Under the pieces are notes generated by a model. It was not told the DNA's origin and searched no databases. It saw only the letters and a list, made by a program, of their open reading frames with translations. The translations under genes and the position numbers were made by a program. A DNA stretch of 64,000 nt from a virus, in IMG/VR virus record IMGVR_UViG_3300028800_000003, positions 32,001 through 96,000 of that record. One strand, given 5' to 3'. Shown here in pieces: positions 39,954 to 50,580 of the stretch. The first letter of the stretch is position 1; each line of letters opens with the position of its first letter.

Positions 39954-40811
39954 TTAAAAGAAGAAGGGCAACACCGCCAAGATTTGCGTATTCTCGACGT
40001 TGCCGAATGATGCGGTGGGAATATCGACGGTGTCAGGCTGACTCTGAATGCAGGTCCATGCCGTAATACCAGCGGCAACCGTCTTGGCGATCGTCGCGTA
40101 GATCGTGGCGTCCGGCACTGCGGCGTCGACCTCGTTCATGTCGCCGTATTGACCATAGCCGCCGGAGCCGTAACCGGACTGCGGATTACCGTAGCCGGGA
40201 GCGTTGGGAATGCCGCCGCCTGGAGGACGATAGGCCGTGACGAAAATCTGATTGTTGAATTTTAGGCTGCCGTACATGCCGGCGACGCCATACCCTTGCT
40301 GTCCTGATGTACCGTAAGCGCCGGTGTCTCCTGGATTCCACAGCTCGATCAGCTTGGGCGCGGCGCCCGTCAACGCCTCGACGGCCTGAATGATCGCAGC
40401 GCGCGTTTGCTTAGGCGCCAAGATGGCGTCCATGATGCGTGCGCGATAAGCATCGTCCTGCTCATTCACAAGACGCGGCAGATCGTTGCCGAGAAAATCG
40501 TATGAGATGCGATCGAGCCAGACTCCGGTGGCGCTGGCGATGCGCGACTGGGTCAGCGCATACTTATAGAGCACATAAATCCAGGATAGATTGTAGCCGG
40601 TGCCAGACAATGGAATGTTGAGAAGCGGCGCGCCAGGTTGCGCCATCACCTCGTCTACCTCGGTAGCCCCGGTGCCGAACCATGACGGCGGAATAAGGCC
40701 TGCCAGGCGATGGACGAATTCCGTCTGATCGGCATCCAGCAAGCCGGACAGAACCTGGACGGCAAGTGACGGCGACAGCTCCCCGGCGGTCTCAATATTG
40801 TTTGCCGTCAT
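39954..40811 (-). CDS. Baseplate wedge protein (Mu gp48/P2 gpI-like)
   Basis: RIASATGVWLD.I..DFLG..LPR...EQDDAYRARI; follows baseplate J. Confidence 0.7.
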   Translation of the reverse strand: MTANNIETAGELSPSLAVQVLSGLLDADQTEFVHRLAGLIPPSWFGTGATEVDEVMAQPGAPLLNIPLSGTGYNLSWIYVLYKYALTQSRIASATGVWLDRISYDFLGNDLPRLVNEQDDAYRARIMDAILAPKQTRAAIIQAVEALTGAAPKLIELWNPGDTGAYGTSGQQGYGVAGMYGSLKFNNQIFVTAYRPPGGGIPNAPGYGNPQSGYGSGGYGQYGDMNEVDAAVPDATIYATIAKTVAAGITAWTCIQSQPDTVDIPTASFGNVENTQILAVLPFFF

Positions 40812-40812
40812 G

Positions 40813-42018
40813 TTAGCCGCCCAGGTTTACGGTCGACGATGTGACTTTGATTGTCTGGCCCATGGCCGGCACCAGATCGGCCGCGCCGCTGTTGAGCAAT
40901 AAGCTGGTGACATTGCTCACGCCCGGACTCGCGCCATAAGCAATTGCAGCGAGTTGCGAGTAATGCAGCGGATTTTCCAGACCGAGAGAATTAACATAGG
41001 CACCTATGGCGTTCGCCACCGCGGCAACAACGGCCGAAGTGTTGTAGGCAGATGCTACCGTCACTGTCAGGCTGATCGCGGCACCCAGCTTAGACGCACT
41101 CACGACCTGCGGCCGCACGCCAGCGGCACGACCCCGCAAGCCATTCACCGCCGCAAGGGCATTGAGTACAGTCTGTGTCGGTGGAGCACCGGAGCCATCA
41201 TCAACGAAGATAGTGAAGGCGCCGTAGTCTGTTGCGCCGTTTGGATCGACATTCTCATGCACCACGCATTGCAGGCCTTGCTGCAACGACAGGATCGCAT
41301 ATTCCAGGGCGCCGACCGTGCCGGCTGCCAGCGACGCGATGTAAAGTTTGAAGCGCGCCTTCAACGCGTCGTCGCTTTCCTCGTCGAATCCTGTCGTTAT
41401 CGGAGCCGGATTTGTCACCGTATCGACGCCGACCGCGGAAGACTGAATTCGCGTGATGGTGTTAGCGAGAACGTTGCCGCCGGTTCCAGGATTGAGCGCC
41501 TGCACATTGACGGACAGCGAGGTTTGTCCGGCCGGAATGATGAATCCGCCGCCAGGTACGATGTCTGCCGAATAGGCGTTGTTGGTGGGATCGGCGTAGA
41601 CCTGATAGACCTGACTGCCGTCAAAGGTGGAGACCAGCGAGCCGACAGGTACGACGCGCTGATTTTGCGGCGCGAAGCTACTGAATTGAACCACTCCGCT
41701 TGCCGGAGTGGCCGGAAGGCGAGGACTGTTTGTGCCATCCACAGCCGGCATGAAGTCGGCGACGAAGGTATCGACCCACTCGCCTTTCGAGGTTTGCAGG
41801 CGCTGGACAATCAACGAAAACAGATAGAGTTTTTGCAGCCAATCGGCGTTGCCGGCAGTCGCCTCGGCGAGCGCCAAGAACACCGAGCCATCGCTGAAAT
41901 CTAGCGGATTTTTCGACGCCGCTTGCGCTGCCGCCGCAAAATCAGCGACGATCTGAGAAAATGGTTTGGTGTACGGGACCGGCGGCAGAGGCAAGCCCGT
42001 GCTGTTGGAAGAAGCCAT
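40813..42018 (-). CDS. Baseplate J/gp47-family protein
   Basis: A.PASGVV.F...VPVGS...VQA..PG..GNV...VTNPAP...G.DEESD.ALKARF. Confidence 0.85.
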   Translation of the reverse strand: MASSNSTGLPLPPVPYTKPFSQIVADFAAAAQAASKNPLDFSDGSVFLALAEATAGNADWLQKLYLFSLIVQRLQTSKGEWVDTFVADFMPAVDGTNSPRLPATPASGVVQFSSFAPQNQRVVPVGSLVSTFDGSQVYQVYADPTNNAYSADIVPGGGFIIPAGQTSLSVNVQALNPGTGGNVLANTITRIQSSAVGVDTVTNPAPITTGFDEESDDALKARFKLYIASLAAGTVGALEYAILSLQQGLQCVVHENVDPNGATDYGAFTIFVDDGSGAPPTQTVLNALAAVNGLRGRAAGVRPQVVSASKLGAAISLTVTVASAYNTSAVVAAVANAIGAYVNSLGLENPLHYSQLAAIAYGASPGVSNVTSLLLNSGAADLVPAMGQTIKVTSSTVNLGG

Positions 42019-42082
42019 AAATGCCGACGCACGGCGCAAGCGCCGCGTCCCAAAAATGAATTTGTTGAAAAGCGACGACTGT

Positions 42083-42484
42083 TTACTTGTCGCCTGGCAC
42101 GTCGAGAACGATCAACGGCGACTGGTTGCCGTCGACATCGGTGTATTTGATCTTTGCGCTGAACGTTCCGTTCGGATTGGTCGTCACCGTAATGGACGGC
42201 TCCGGCGTCTGTGAGACCGACGCCTCGTGATACATCTGGGTGCGAATGAGTCCCGACATCGCATTGTTGCGAGCAAGACGGCCGACATACCATGGCAACG
42301 ATCCGCCATAAGTCGGGTGGAAAAGATATTCGGCCTTTTTGGCGCCGGTATATTTGCCGTTGGTGCAGAGCCGGCGAAAGATTCGTTGATTGCTCTTGGC
42401 TATGCCGATAACCAAAGGCAGATCGCCAGATGGCGTGAGAGGCGAAATATCGTCGCCCCACCAGTGATCGATGTCGTAGGGCAC
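42083..42484 (-). CDS. Baseplate protein (gp25/gp46-like)
   Basis: HWWGDD...SGDL...QRIFRRLCTN...YLFHPTYG. Confidence 0.7.
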   Translation of the reverse strand: MPYDIDHWWGDDISPLTPSGDLPLVIGIAKSNQRIFRRLCTNGKYTGAKKAEYLFHPTYGGSLPWYVGRLARNNAMSGLIRTQMYHEASVSQTPEPSITVTTNPNGTFSAKIKYTDVDGNQSPLIVLDVPGDK

Positions 42485-42504
42485 AGCAATTCTTTCCTGG
42501 GAAA

Positions 42505-43797
42505 TCAGAACGGCCAACCGGCCGTAGCGTCAAACGAAACGACCTGTGAAACCGTGGTCTTTGCGGCAAGCGACGCCAGCAAAGTCTGTCTTGATTGATT
42601 GAGTGAGGCACGTCGCGATACGATCGCAGCTACCAGAGCAGAGTATTCTTCCCCGGTCATGGTCACAGGCGCGCTCTGTCCGATCGGTATCCATTGAACG
42701 GAACCGAGAACCGACGACGACTCGTTGTCCAGAGAGACGCCTTCAATCGACGGAGCAGAGACACCGACGCCAGAAGAACTGATTCCTGGCGAACCGATCT
42801 CCCATCCAGAATTTCCTGTGTTGGCGCTGCCGTTTAGCGTGACCCCGGCAACTGGCACCGACACCTCGTCAGTGATGTTTGGGATGGTGACGACAAACTG
42901 AGGATTTCCACTGCTAATCTGTTCTACGTTGTAATTGATCGTCCCTTGCAAGGCGCCACCATTGGGGCTGCCGATCGCACTGTTTATCTGGCTGAACGAT
43001 TGCGAAAATCCACTTGAAAGCGCAGAGTTGATTTCTGACACAAGCGACGAGAAGGCATCGTTGATCGCATTGGCGAGATTTGGAAAGGCTTCTGCGAGAC
43101 TGCCGATAGTGGACTGCATCCCACTATTTAATTCGTTATCGAACTCTTGTAAGGCGTTGGCAGCATTATTCAGCAATGATCCGAGAGCGTTGTTGATGCC
43201 GGTTGCAAGAGATGAAAGTGCGGTATTGATCTGACCTTTTAGGGTCGACAGCGCACCATTGATCGCGTCGACCAGCGAAGAATTCAGGCCAGTGACCGTC
43301 GAATTAGTGCCAGACAGGATCGCCGACGCCAGAGCCATGGACATCGCGTTCAGCGACTCATCTGAGCAATCCCAGTTATAGACGCCGCCTGGACTTGCCG
43401 CGACCACGCCGGCATCGTAACCGGCGTCACCTGACGAGACGGCGAATTGGATTGCGCTCTGTCGCTTGGAATCGTAGATCGCCTCGATCAGTTCGGCCTT
43501 GATCTGCTGCGCTTGCGCCAGGGTTAGAAGCGGGATGGACGCCGTTGCTTGCAGTGCCGGAGTCAACGCCAGTCCTGCCGCAGACGACATCCACGCATTG
43601 ATGGAAGGCTGATACGGCGACGGATCGGAGAACGGCTGAAAGGTTGGAGCCTCGCCATTGTAGACGATCAGACCGAGTGCGGCTTCCTCCCATTGCACAT
43701 ACTTGACGTTGGTCGCGAGACCGGAAACTGTGAGCGGCTGAATCTGATAGCCGTCGACGGAAACGACGCTGTCACCTGGGTTGATGTAAAAACGCAT
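42505..43797 (-). CDS. Tail-associated protein with long helical-repeat insertion
   Basis: Central INxALSSL-type repeats; DUF4376-like C-terminus ending GWPF. Confidence 0.55.
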   Translation of the reverse strand: MRFYINPGDSVVSVDGYQIQPLTVSGLATNVKYVQWEEAALGLIVYNGEAPTFQPFSDPSPYQPSINAWMSSAAGLALTPALQATASIPLLTLAQAQQIKAELIEAIYDSKRQSAIQFAVSSGDAGYDAGVVAASPGGVYNWDCSDESLNAMSMALASAILSGTNSTVTGLNSSLVDAINGALSTLKGQINTALSSLATGINNALGSLLNNAANALQEFDNELNSGMQSTIGSLAEAFPNLANAINDAFSSLVSEINSALSSGFSQSFSQINSAIGSPNGGALQGTINYNVEQISSGNPQFVVTIPNITDEVSVPVAGVTLNGSANTGNSGWEIGSPGISSSGVGVSAPSIEGVSLDNESSSVLGSVQWIPIGQSAPVTMTGEEYSALVAAIVSRRASLNQSRQTLLASLAAKTTVSQVVSFDATAGWPF

Positions 43798-43799
43798 CG

Positions 43800-44522
43800 T
43801 TATCCCAAATCAGGTTCGGCGCAGAGCGTCTTGGCTACGCCGCCGTCTGCGAGCGCCACAGGCACGGCCGCGGCGCCCTTCTGCGTGACGCAGTGCGTCT
43901 TTTTCGGCTGCGAGATGATGTAGACGATATTGTTGTCAGATTGCAGGATCACGTCGCCATTCGGCGCCTCAATCGTCATGCTGCCGTCTGGCGCCATCTT
44001 TATAATCTGCTTGCCATTCGGCTGCTGCTGCTGTTGTTGCTGTTGCTGTTGACCGGTGCCGCCGTTTGATTCAGTCGTCGTGTTCCCTGACTGCGACGTG
44101 TTCTGCCCGGTTTTGGTGTAGCCAGGGCCTCCGATCAGGAGCGTGCCGTCTTGCTGCGCATGAATGGTCGCGCCGTTCTGATGAATGATGGCATGCTCGC
44201 CCGCCTGCAATTCAGGCGGCTTGTTTTGATGCGACCAATGGCGCGTCATAACGCGCGCTGACAGATGATTGCTTTCCTGGTTATGCACCTCGACCGGATC
44301 ACCGATGTTCGGCGCCGAAGCGATGCCGTAACCATTGCCGACGGCAAGACCTGTCAAGGGAATCCACGCCGACTCGGTGCCTTCGGGCTGGTATTGAATC
44401 TTAACCGAGTGCGTTTTGGAGTCGTAGCTCGACACCAGGCCGACACGCGGCGGATTGTGATACTTACGCATGGTGCGCGCGACCTCGCGGCGCATCACGG
44501 AGACGAAGGAATCAAGGTACAT
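43800..44522 (-). CDS. Baseplate spike (gpV/gp45-like)
   Basis: GLVSSYD...VK...PEG.ESAWIP....VGNGYG...P..GD.V OB-fold; poly-Q insert. Confidence 0.75.
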   Translation of the reverse strand: MYLDSFVSVMRREVARTMRKYHNPPRVGLVSSYDSKTHSVKIQYQPEGTESAWIPLTGLAVGNGYGIASAPNIGDPVEVHNQESNHLSARVMTRHWSHQNKPPELQAGEHAIIHQNGATIHAQQDGTLLIGGPGYTKTGQNTSQSGNTTTESNGGTGQQQQQQQQQQPNGKQIIKMAPDGSMTIEAPNGDVILQSDNNIVYIISQPKKTHCVTQKGAAAVPVALADGGVAKTLCAEPDLG

Positions 44523-44526
44523 TTGA

Positions 44527-45723
44527 TCACACAACGCTGCCGGTCAGCATCGTGAAGCCTTGCACCGGCGTCTGCTGGAAAGGATTGGTCGGCTGTTTCG
44601 GTTGATTCGGATCAGGATTCGGAAGGTCTGGATTTGGCGAATAGCCAAACGACCATTGCGGAGAATTGTAGCCCGTAATCTCCATGTCGTAGCCGTCGTC
44701 ATCGTTCATGCGATGCACGACCTCGTACATATAGTAGGTCATGTCGAACGAGGTCTGCGTTCCAGACAGTGCGATCATCATCGTCGGCTGCACGACCACG
44801 TCGCCGCGCATTTGCACCTCGATGGTGTATTCGTGCATCTGCGCGTAGCGCTGGCCTGCGTTAGCCAGTTGCTGAACTTGTTGCTGGGTCTTATTCGGGA
44901 TGCGCGCGGCGCCCTGATACTTGCCGGCGCCAGCCATGGCAGTGTAGGCTTGGTTGTCCGATTGCTTCCAACTCATGACGCCGTACTGGACGCCTTGCCC
45001 CAGATCAAAGTTGTGGATGCAGTTCAGTTTTTCCATGTTGCCGGCATCATAGTCATCGGTGCCGATGCCTGCCTCTGTTTGAGACGAGACCTCTCTGCCG
45101 ATTTGCGGCGGCCGATAATGAATGGCGTATGTTGAACTGACAGCCGTTCCTGGCGCCACGTAATAGAGCGTATTGCCGACAACGAAGGCGACGTAACCAT
45201 CTTGATGCGCAAGCGTCTGAATGACATCCCACGGCGTTTCCAGATCGGAATTGAAAACGGTGTTGCCTTGGGCGTCGACATCGCCAGCCATAGAGCCCGG
45301 ACCTGCGACGACCTGGAGGCCGGCTTGCGACGCCAATTGAGTCACGATCTGGCTGGTGGTCTGATTTGTCCACGACGCGTCGCTGCGAGTATCGAGCAGC
45401 GGGCGGCCTTTGTCGCTCATTTGAGCGGTGACAGTTCGCGTGCCGAAATCCACCGTGGCGTAATCGATGTAGCCGGTGAGGATCGTCGCCGTGGTCTTCT
45501 GCGCGTCGCCGTTGGTGGCGATAAGGGATGCCGGAATGAGTCCGCCCTGCGACCAGAATTGAGCGCCCGGATTGGTTGGATCATCGACCGCCATCGTAAT
45601 CTCTGCGGTCGATTGCTGGCCGGCGCTCTGAATCAGGCGCGCCTCGAAGGCCATGATATTGATGGTGTCGTTACCAATGAGCAGCCACGCGCGCGGCTGG
45701 CGCGCGATCCCATTCTCTGCCAT
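44527..45723 (-). CDS. Baseplate hub / late control D-like protein
   Basis: ILTGYID...NQTTSQIV.QLA...GL...WD.IQ.LA...GY..FV.G.TLY. Confidence 0.7.
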   Translation of the reverse strand: MAENGIARQPRAWLLIGNDTINIMAFEARLIQSAGQQSTAEITMAVDDPTNPGAQFWSQGGLIPASLIATNGDAQKTTATILTGYIDYATVDFGTRTVTAQMSDKGRPLLDTRSDASWTNQTTSQIVTQLASQAGLQVVAGPGSMAGDVDAQGNTVFNSDLETPWDVIQTLAHQDGYVAFVVGNTLYYVAPGTAVSSTYAIHYRPPQIGREVSSQTEAGIGTDDYDAGNMEKLNCIHNFDLGQGVQYGVMSWKQSDNQAYTAMAGAGKYQGAARIPNKTQQQVQQLANAGQRYAQMHEYTIEVQMRGDVVVQPTMMIALSGTQTSFDMTYYMYEVVHRMNDDDGYDMEITGYNSPQWSFGYSPNPDLPNPDPNQPKQPTNPFQQTPVQGFTMLTGSVV

Positions 45724-45737
45724 CGCGCCCTCCTCTG

Positions 45738-45977
45738 TTATGGCCAGGCCGCGCTTGGATCGACGGCCGGAATTTGCAATGTGCCAGCGAGACGTTGAGC
45801 ATCGTCGATGGACAGAATGAAATCGGGCGGCTGGCCCGGAAAACCGTTGAGAGCGGCAATGCGCCACCATTGCGTCGCGTCGTTGAGATACAACTCGGCA
45901 ATGCGCATGAGATTTTCACCGCCGATCACTTGGATCGTGGTGACGCCGGCAGGTGTACCGGCTGGAACTGGTGCCAT
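45738..45977 (-). CDS. LysM-like tail protein X
   Basis: GENLMRIAELYLNDATQWWRIAALNG...LQIP. Confidence 0.75.
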   Translation of the reverse strand: MAPVPAGTPAGVTTIQVIGGENLMRIAELYLNDATQWWRIAALNGFPGQPPDFILSIDDAQRLAGTLQIPAVDPSAAWP

Positions 45978-45979
45978 CG

Positions 45980-46774
45980 TCAGCCTCCAGTGTCGGTGAG
46001 ATTGGCTATGATGCGACCGAGATAGGCAGTTGCCGTCTCCATGTCGCTTTCGGCGGCGACGGCGTTGGCTTCTGTTACGAAGGTGGCCACGCCATCGAGC
46101 GTTGAGGCTCCAGTGATGGCGTCGAGATTGATGCCGATCGGAGTTCCAGAGCCTGCGCCGAACGCCGCATATGCGTTTTGGAATGCCGCGATGATAGGTT
46201 GCAATTGCGTGAGCGATAGATCGTCCAGCGTGCCTGCACCGACGATGCTGGCCATCGTCGATTGCGCCCCAACGAGAGCGGCCGTAGCAGACGATGGAAT
46301 TACGGCGCCGCTGTTAGCCAGCGCCATGATCGCTGCAATGTCTTCGTTGACGACGCTGTTTAGAGACGGCGCTAGATTGGACGCGTTGAATGGTTGCACA
46401 CCATTGTCAGCAACAACCTTACAGACAATGCGATAGCTGATTTGCCATTCGTGCTTGTAGACCGCCTCAAAGTCGGCAACGATGACCTGATATGAGAACG
46501 ATCCCCATGTCAGAGTTACCTCGGTGCCGGACTGACGCAACGTATCGACAGCGCGAGCGCGCTCTGCCGCGGTTCCTGGGATGCCGGCGATCGTATAGAA
46601 ATGTCCGGCCCAGTGAATGTCGGCCGGGTCTGGACCCATGGCGTCGATTGTACGAAAGCCGCCCAGATTTTTGTGAACGGCCATCATCTGCTTGCCACCA
46701 AAATTAATGGTGTCGGGGATTTCGCGCTGGAGAAAGGAGATGTCTCCCAGCGTGAGAATGGCCGGTTGCGCCAT
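45980..46774 (-). CDS. Tail tube initiator-like protein
   Basis: EIPD.I.FGG.Q..AVH...GG.R.IDAMG.D...I.W.G; follows the tape measure. Confidence 0.65.
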   Translation of the reverse strand: MAQPAILTLGDISFLQREIPDTINFGGKQMMAVHKNLGGFRTIDAMGPDPADIHWAGHFYTIAGIPGTAAERARAVDTLRQSGTEVTLTWGSFSYQVIVADFEAVYKHEWQISYRIVCKVVADNGVQPFNASNLAPSLNSVVNEDIAAIMALANSGAVIPSSATAALVGAQSTMASIVGAGTLDDLSLTQLQPIIAAFQNAYAAFGAGSGTPIGINLDAITGASTLDGVATFVTEANAVAAESDMETATAYLGRIIANLTDTGG

Positions 46775-46839
46775 AGCGAATCCCTGAAATGAAAAAGGGC
46801 GCCGCGTGGCGCCCTTTGCTGAGATGATGACGACGACTG

Positions 46840-49800
46840 TTAGACCGGCAGCGTCGGCGTATGGGCGTATGGATCGGGCATGCGCGCCCCGCGCGTCGGC
46901 TGGTTACCCATTCTCGCCGTATGGCGATGCACCGACTTGGTGATCGTGCGGCCGTCGAGTTTCGTCGTGTGATGAATGGTCACGTCGTGTCCGGCAGGCT
47001 GCGCGATGGCATCCGACGGCGTGTCGCCTGATTCTCCGGCGTGGGCTTCAAAATCGTGCCGCCACTGCGCAGTACCGCGGCCCGCATTCCAATCGCCGTA
47101 GATATTGCCGTGGCCTTTTCCCCAGACGTGGAAATGATTAAGGATGTAGCGACCGTTTGGATCGCTTACCATTCCCTGGTCGGTGGCGCCCTTGATCGTA
47201 TCCGAGCCTGCGAGCGCAGCGTCGATGGCGGCATTCATCTTCGCCATCAGCTTCGGATTATTCCGAAGACGACGCATGAATGCCGGCAACTGTCCGCGAT
47301 TGATCGGCCCATAGAAGCCGCTGTGCAATGCCTGCATCAGCGACTTGTGCTGAAATGACGATCGGTTCATTGCCGATTCGGCAGTCTGCGTCGGGTTGCC
47401 TTCCGACAAAAGCATTGCGGCAAACTGTAGCCGCTTCTGAGGATCAGACAATTCCTTGCCGAAACCGGATCGAGCAGCCCTGATGTAAGCGTTGCCGTGA
47501 AGACCGGCGAGGCTTGCATCGGTGGCGGCTCCTTGCGCCGCAGCAGCGGCCGCGGCCGTGCTGGCAGGCAGATGACCGCTCCACTCGAAATGACCAAAGT
47601 CAGGATTGCGCCAATCGCCGCCCGAGATCATCCCCCACTTGTTCAATATCGAGCGGAACTGTGTGGGATGTGATTGAGCCCAGGCACGCAAGCCGGGATC
47701 AACGATATTGCGAGCGTGCTGATCGATGTCGATCGCATTGCCATAGGCGTGCTGCGACTTTCGTGACGAGCCGGCGATATTGCGGTTATTGAAGCCGCCG
47801 ATGGAATTAATCGGCGCCCCAGCCGCAGCCAGATCGTTGACGAACCCGGTGATAGCTCCTGCGGAGTATTTGTTGACTTTGAAATTCTTTCCGCCGGCAG
47901 TCACTCCGATGATGTTCGATCCAGGAGCGCCGAACTGACCGTGCATGAAATTGACGTGGCCAGCGCCGTAACTCTGCATCGGAATGACAGAGCCCATCGG
48001 GTTGGCGCCTGGATTTGTCGTGCCGGCGCGCACGCCAGGATTCGTCGTGACCGGGCCAGTTGGATTGCCGCCGCGACCACCGAATGGTCCTACGGCTGCG
48101 CCGCCACCAGCACCACCAGGTCCATAATAGATGCCGTTGCCGAGCGGGTTGCCACCACCACCTTCATACATGGTCGGCGACAGCAACGACGGCGCCACAT
48201 AAGGAATTGGCTGGAGGTCTCGTAGGCCTTCCTTGATGCCGTCTTTGGCGCCTTGTTTGGCGCCTTTTTCGCTTCCCTCTTTCGCACCTTCCTTGGTGGC
48301 TTTCTGATCGTCTTTTCCTTTGCCGTCCCACCAATATTTGAGGGCGCCCCAGGCTCCAGAAGCAAGGCCGGTGATCGGATTGCCTGATGCAATTCCCTGA
48401 CCGTAAGCCTTGCCGACGAATTTGCCGAAGCCGCTATCGCCGCCTGGAAGAACCTTCCCAAGCATCTTCAACATTTCGTCGAAGCGTTCAAGCGTTCCAA
48501 TCAAGGGTGGCAACACCACGGTAGCGATGTCCATCAGGACATTTCGCAGGTTGGCCCACGATTGATCAAACTGCTGGACCGGCGAGTTGGTGGCGTAGTT
48601 TTTGAACAGCGCGCTGCCGCTGCGGAATTTGTTCATGTCCGCTTGCAGATCAGGCAGCATTTTCAGGATTTTCGGATCGCTCAGGAACGCCATGGCGCCG
48701 GAGCCCTGAGAGCCGAACAACTGTTGCATGATGCCGGCGCGTTGCGCCAGCGGCATGGCCTGCAAATGCGAACTGGCCATTTCCAACAGCTTCACCATGT
48801 CTGGTGCGCCGTTGGTGAACCAAGTCGGATTGTTGTTCTTGTCGACAAGGCCGAGCGCGGCCAACGCCGACTCGTGCTTCATGAAGGCCTGACGAGACAT
48901 TACGCTCGTGCCAGGAAGCGCGCGCGTGCCCAACTGGCGCAGCCACGTTCCAGATTTTGTATTCAAGATGCCGCCGCGCATCATCGCGGTTTGCAACATC
49001 ATGACCTGGAACGGATCGAAGCCAAGTTCGCCGAGAATCGGAACGGCGTAACCGGACGCGCGCTCCATCTGTTGCAGCTTCGCCGGGTTGACCGTCGACA
49101 GATAAGCGAACTTGTCGGCCAATTGCGCGATCTTCTGCGGATCATAGACCTTGAGCATGTGCGCAAGTCCGATGATCGAATCGACGCCTTCCTTGGTCGA
49201 GGTGCCTTTCAACTTGCCTTCGGCCGCGCCATAGGTCAGGAGTGGACCCAGCACATTCATCTTCTGTTGCCAGGACAGCCCGGTGCCGCCAAGCTGCCGA
49301 ATTTCGTCGAGCGTGGCCTCGCCGAGATCATCAATGCTGCCGCCAGTCTTGGAGGCAATGCGCTTGATGATGTCCTGAATGTCCTTCATGTGCGAGGAAG
49401 AAACCCCGCCGGTGAAGACGCCCCGATAGGCGTAGTCTTCGAGCTTGCTTTGTTCGTAGATGCCAACGCCGAGAGCGGCCAGCAGCCCCTGGCCCACCAT
49501 GGAATGCGTGTGCGCGTGGAAGCCGCCACCAATGTGGGTGCCGCCAGGACCGCGAAGGCTGATGCCGCCGTAGCCGCCATTGCCACGCCAACCACGGCCA
49601 CCACCACCGCCAGTTCCACCACCAACTGGCAACGTCGGGCCGAAGCCGCCGCGACGCGCGCCAGCCAGGATCGAGGCTCTGGTGGCCTTGTCAGTCGCAA
49701 TTGCGGCAGAGGTTGCCGCGGCGTTCACGTCGCGCCACTGTCGCGCAAGATTCTGCACGCTGGCGCCTGCCGCGCGTGTCGCGCCGGCCTGGACCCTGAT

Positions 49801-50025
49801 GCTGGCTTCGATTTCATCGTCCAGAGCGACGAACTGATCCTGAACCTTTTTTAGGTTGGCATTCAGCTTGTCGAACTGGACGTTGCCCAGCTTTGACAGA
49901 TTGAGCTGCGCCCATTCGATCTTGTCGTTGAGAGCATCGACCGACTTGTTGATGCGGTTGAGGACCGCAGTGGCCTTGTCGATGATCTGAAAGACCGTGG
50001 CGACCTCGAAGGATGTCACGGGCAT
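46840..50025 (-). CDS. Tape measure protein with M15 peptidase and putative cell-wall hydrolase domains
   Basis: 1061 aa, helical; GGFNNRNIAGS...SQHAYGNAIDI...DFGHFEW (M15); SEG...AESAMNR...GATD (SleB-like, tentative). Confidence 0.8.
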   Translation of the reverse strand: MPVTSFEVATVFQIIDKATAVLNRINKSVDALNDKIEWAQLNLSKLGNVQFDKLNANLKKVQDQFVALDDEIEASIRVQAGATRAAGASVQNLARQWRDVNAAATSAAIATDKATRASILAGARRGGFGPTLPVGGGTGGGGGRGWRGNGGYGGISLRGPGGTHIGGGFHAHTHSMVGQGLLAALGVGIYEQSKLEDYAYRGVFTGGVSSSHMKDIQDIIKRIASKTGGSIDDLGEATLDEIRQLGGTGLSWQQKMNVLGPLLTYGAAEGKLKGTSTKEGVDSIIGLAHMLKVYDPQKIAQLADKFAYLSTVNPAKLQQMERASGYAVPILGELGFDPFQVMMLQTAMMRGGILNTKSGTWLRQLGTRALPGTSVMSRQAFMKHESALAALGLVDKNNNPTWFTNGAPDMVKLLEMASSHLQAMPLAQRAGIMQQLFGSQGSGAMAFLSDPKILKMLPDLQADMNKFRSGSALFKNYATNSPVQQFDQSWANLRNVLMDIATVVLPPLIGTLERFDEMLKMLGKVLPGGDSGFGKFVGKAYGQGIASGNPITGLASGAWGALKYWWDGKGKDDQKATKEGAKEGSEKGAKQGAKDGIKEGLRDLQPIPYVAPSLLSPTMYEGGGGNPLGNGIYYGPGGAGGGAAVGPFGGRGGNPTGPVTTNPGVRAGTTNPGANPMGSVIPMQSYGAGHVNFMHGQFGAPGSNIIGVTAGGKNFKVNKYSAGAITGFVNDLAAAGAPINSIGGFNNRNIAGSSRKSQHAYGNAIDIDQHARNIVDPGLRAWAQSHPTQFRSILNKWGMISGGDWRNPDFGHFEWSGHLPASTAAAAAAAQGAATDASLAGLHGNAYIRAARSGFGKELSDPQKRLQFAAMLLSEGNPTQTAESAMNRSSFQHKSLMQALHSGFYGPINRGQLPAFMRRLRNNPKLMAKMNAAIDAALAGSDTIKGATDQGMVSDPNGRYILNHFHVWGKGHGNIYGDWNAGRGTAQWRHDFEAHAGESGDTPSDAIAQPAGHDVTIHHTTKLDGRTITKSVHRHTARMGNQPTRGARMPDPYAHTPTLPV

Positions 50026-50032
50026 GGCTCAA

Positions 50033-50488
50033 TCAATCCTTTTTCGTAAAAATTTCGGTCACCGTGCGGGTAATCGTCTTTTCGGCAAACGGCATGACCT
50101 CGATCGCCGACATGGCGAGGAAAGGCCGAGGCGGAATGAGCGCCGTTCCCATTTCCTGATAGAGGGCAACCTTGTCTTTGGAACCGACCTCCAACTGCAC
50201 GCCGCCCGGCGTCGTGGTGACGCGGGCCTCGATCGTGTCGCGCATCTCGCCGGTGCGCAGCAGCGGATCGGTCTCTGAGACCTGGCCGGTGTAGCCAAGC
50301 CGCTCCTTCTCCTCGATCGTGCGTTCGGCAAGCGGCGGCCACTCGGGCATTTCCTGCCCGATCATCTTGTAGGCAATGCTGTGTTGCTCGACCCCGATTT
50401 CGGTGGCGTCCTTGACCAATTCAGGCCTGACGTTCCTCGCCGCCCGCGCCAGCATCGCGGAGAACTCGGCGAGCGACATCGCGGCCAT
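50033..50488 (-). CDS. Virion morphogenesis / neck protein
   Basis: WPPLA..T...K...PLLRTGEMR...YQEMGT..IPPRPFL. Confidence 0.75.
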   Translation of the reverse strand: MAAMSLAEFSAMLARAARNVRPELVKDATEIGVEQHSIAYKMIGQEMPEWPPLAERTIEEKERLGYTGQVSETDPLLRTGEMRDTIEARVTTTPGGVQLEVGSKDKVALYQEMGTALIPPRPFLAMSAIEVMPFAEKTITRTVTEIFTKKD

Positions 50489-50580
50489 GGGACACCTGTG
50501 ACCGCCTGCCGCACCGTCCTTGACGGGCGCAGCGCAACGGCTATGTGGGGGAGTTACAAGGGGGTGGGAAGGAGATCGCT

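Noticed and set aside
44020-44052. CAG/CAA tract as a phase-variable repeat
   Set aside because: Mixed-codon in-frame poly-Gln linker in the spike gene; would not shift frame
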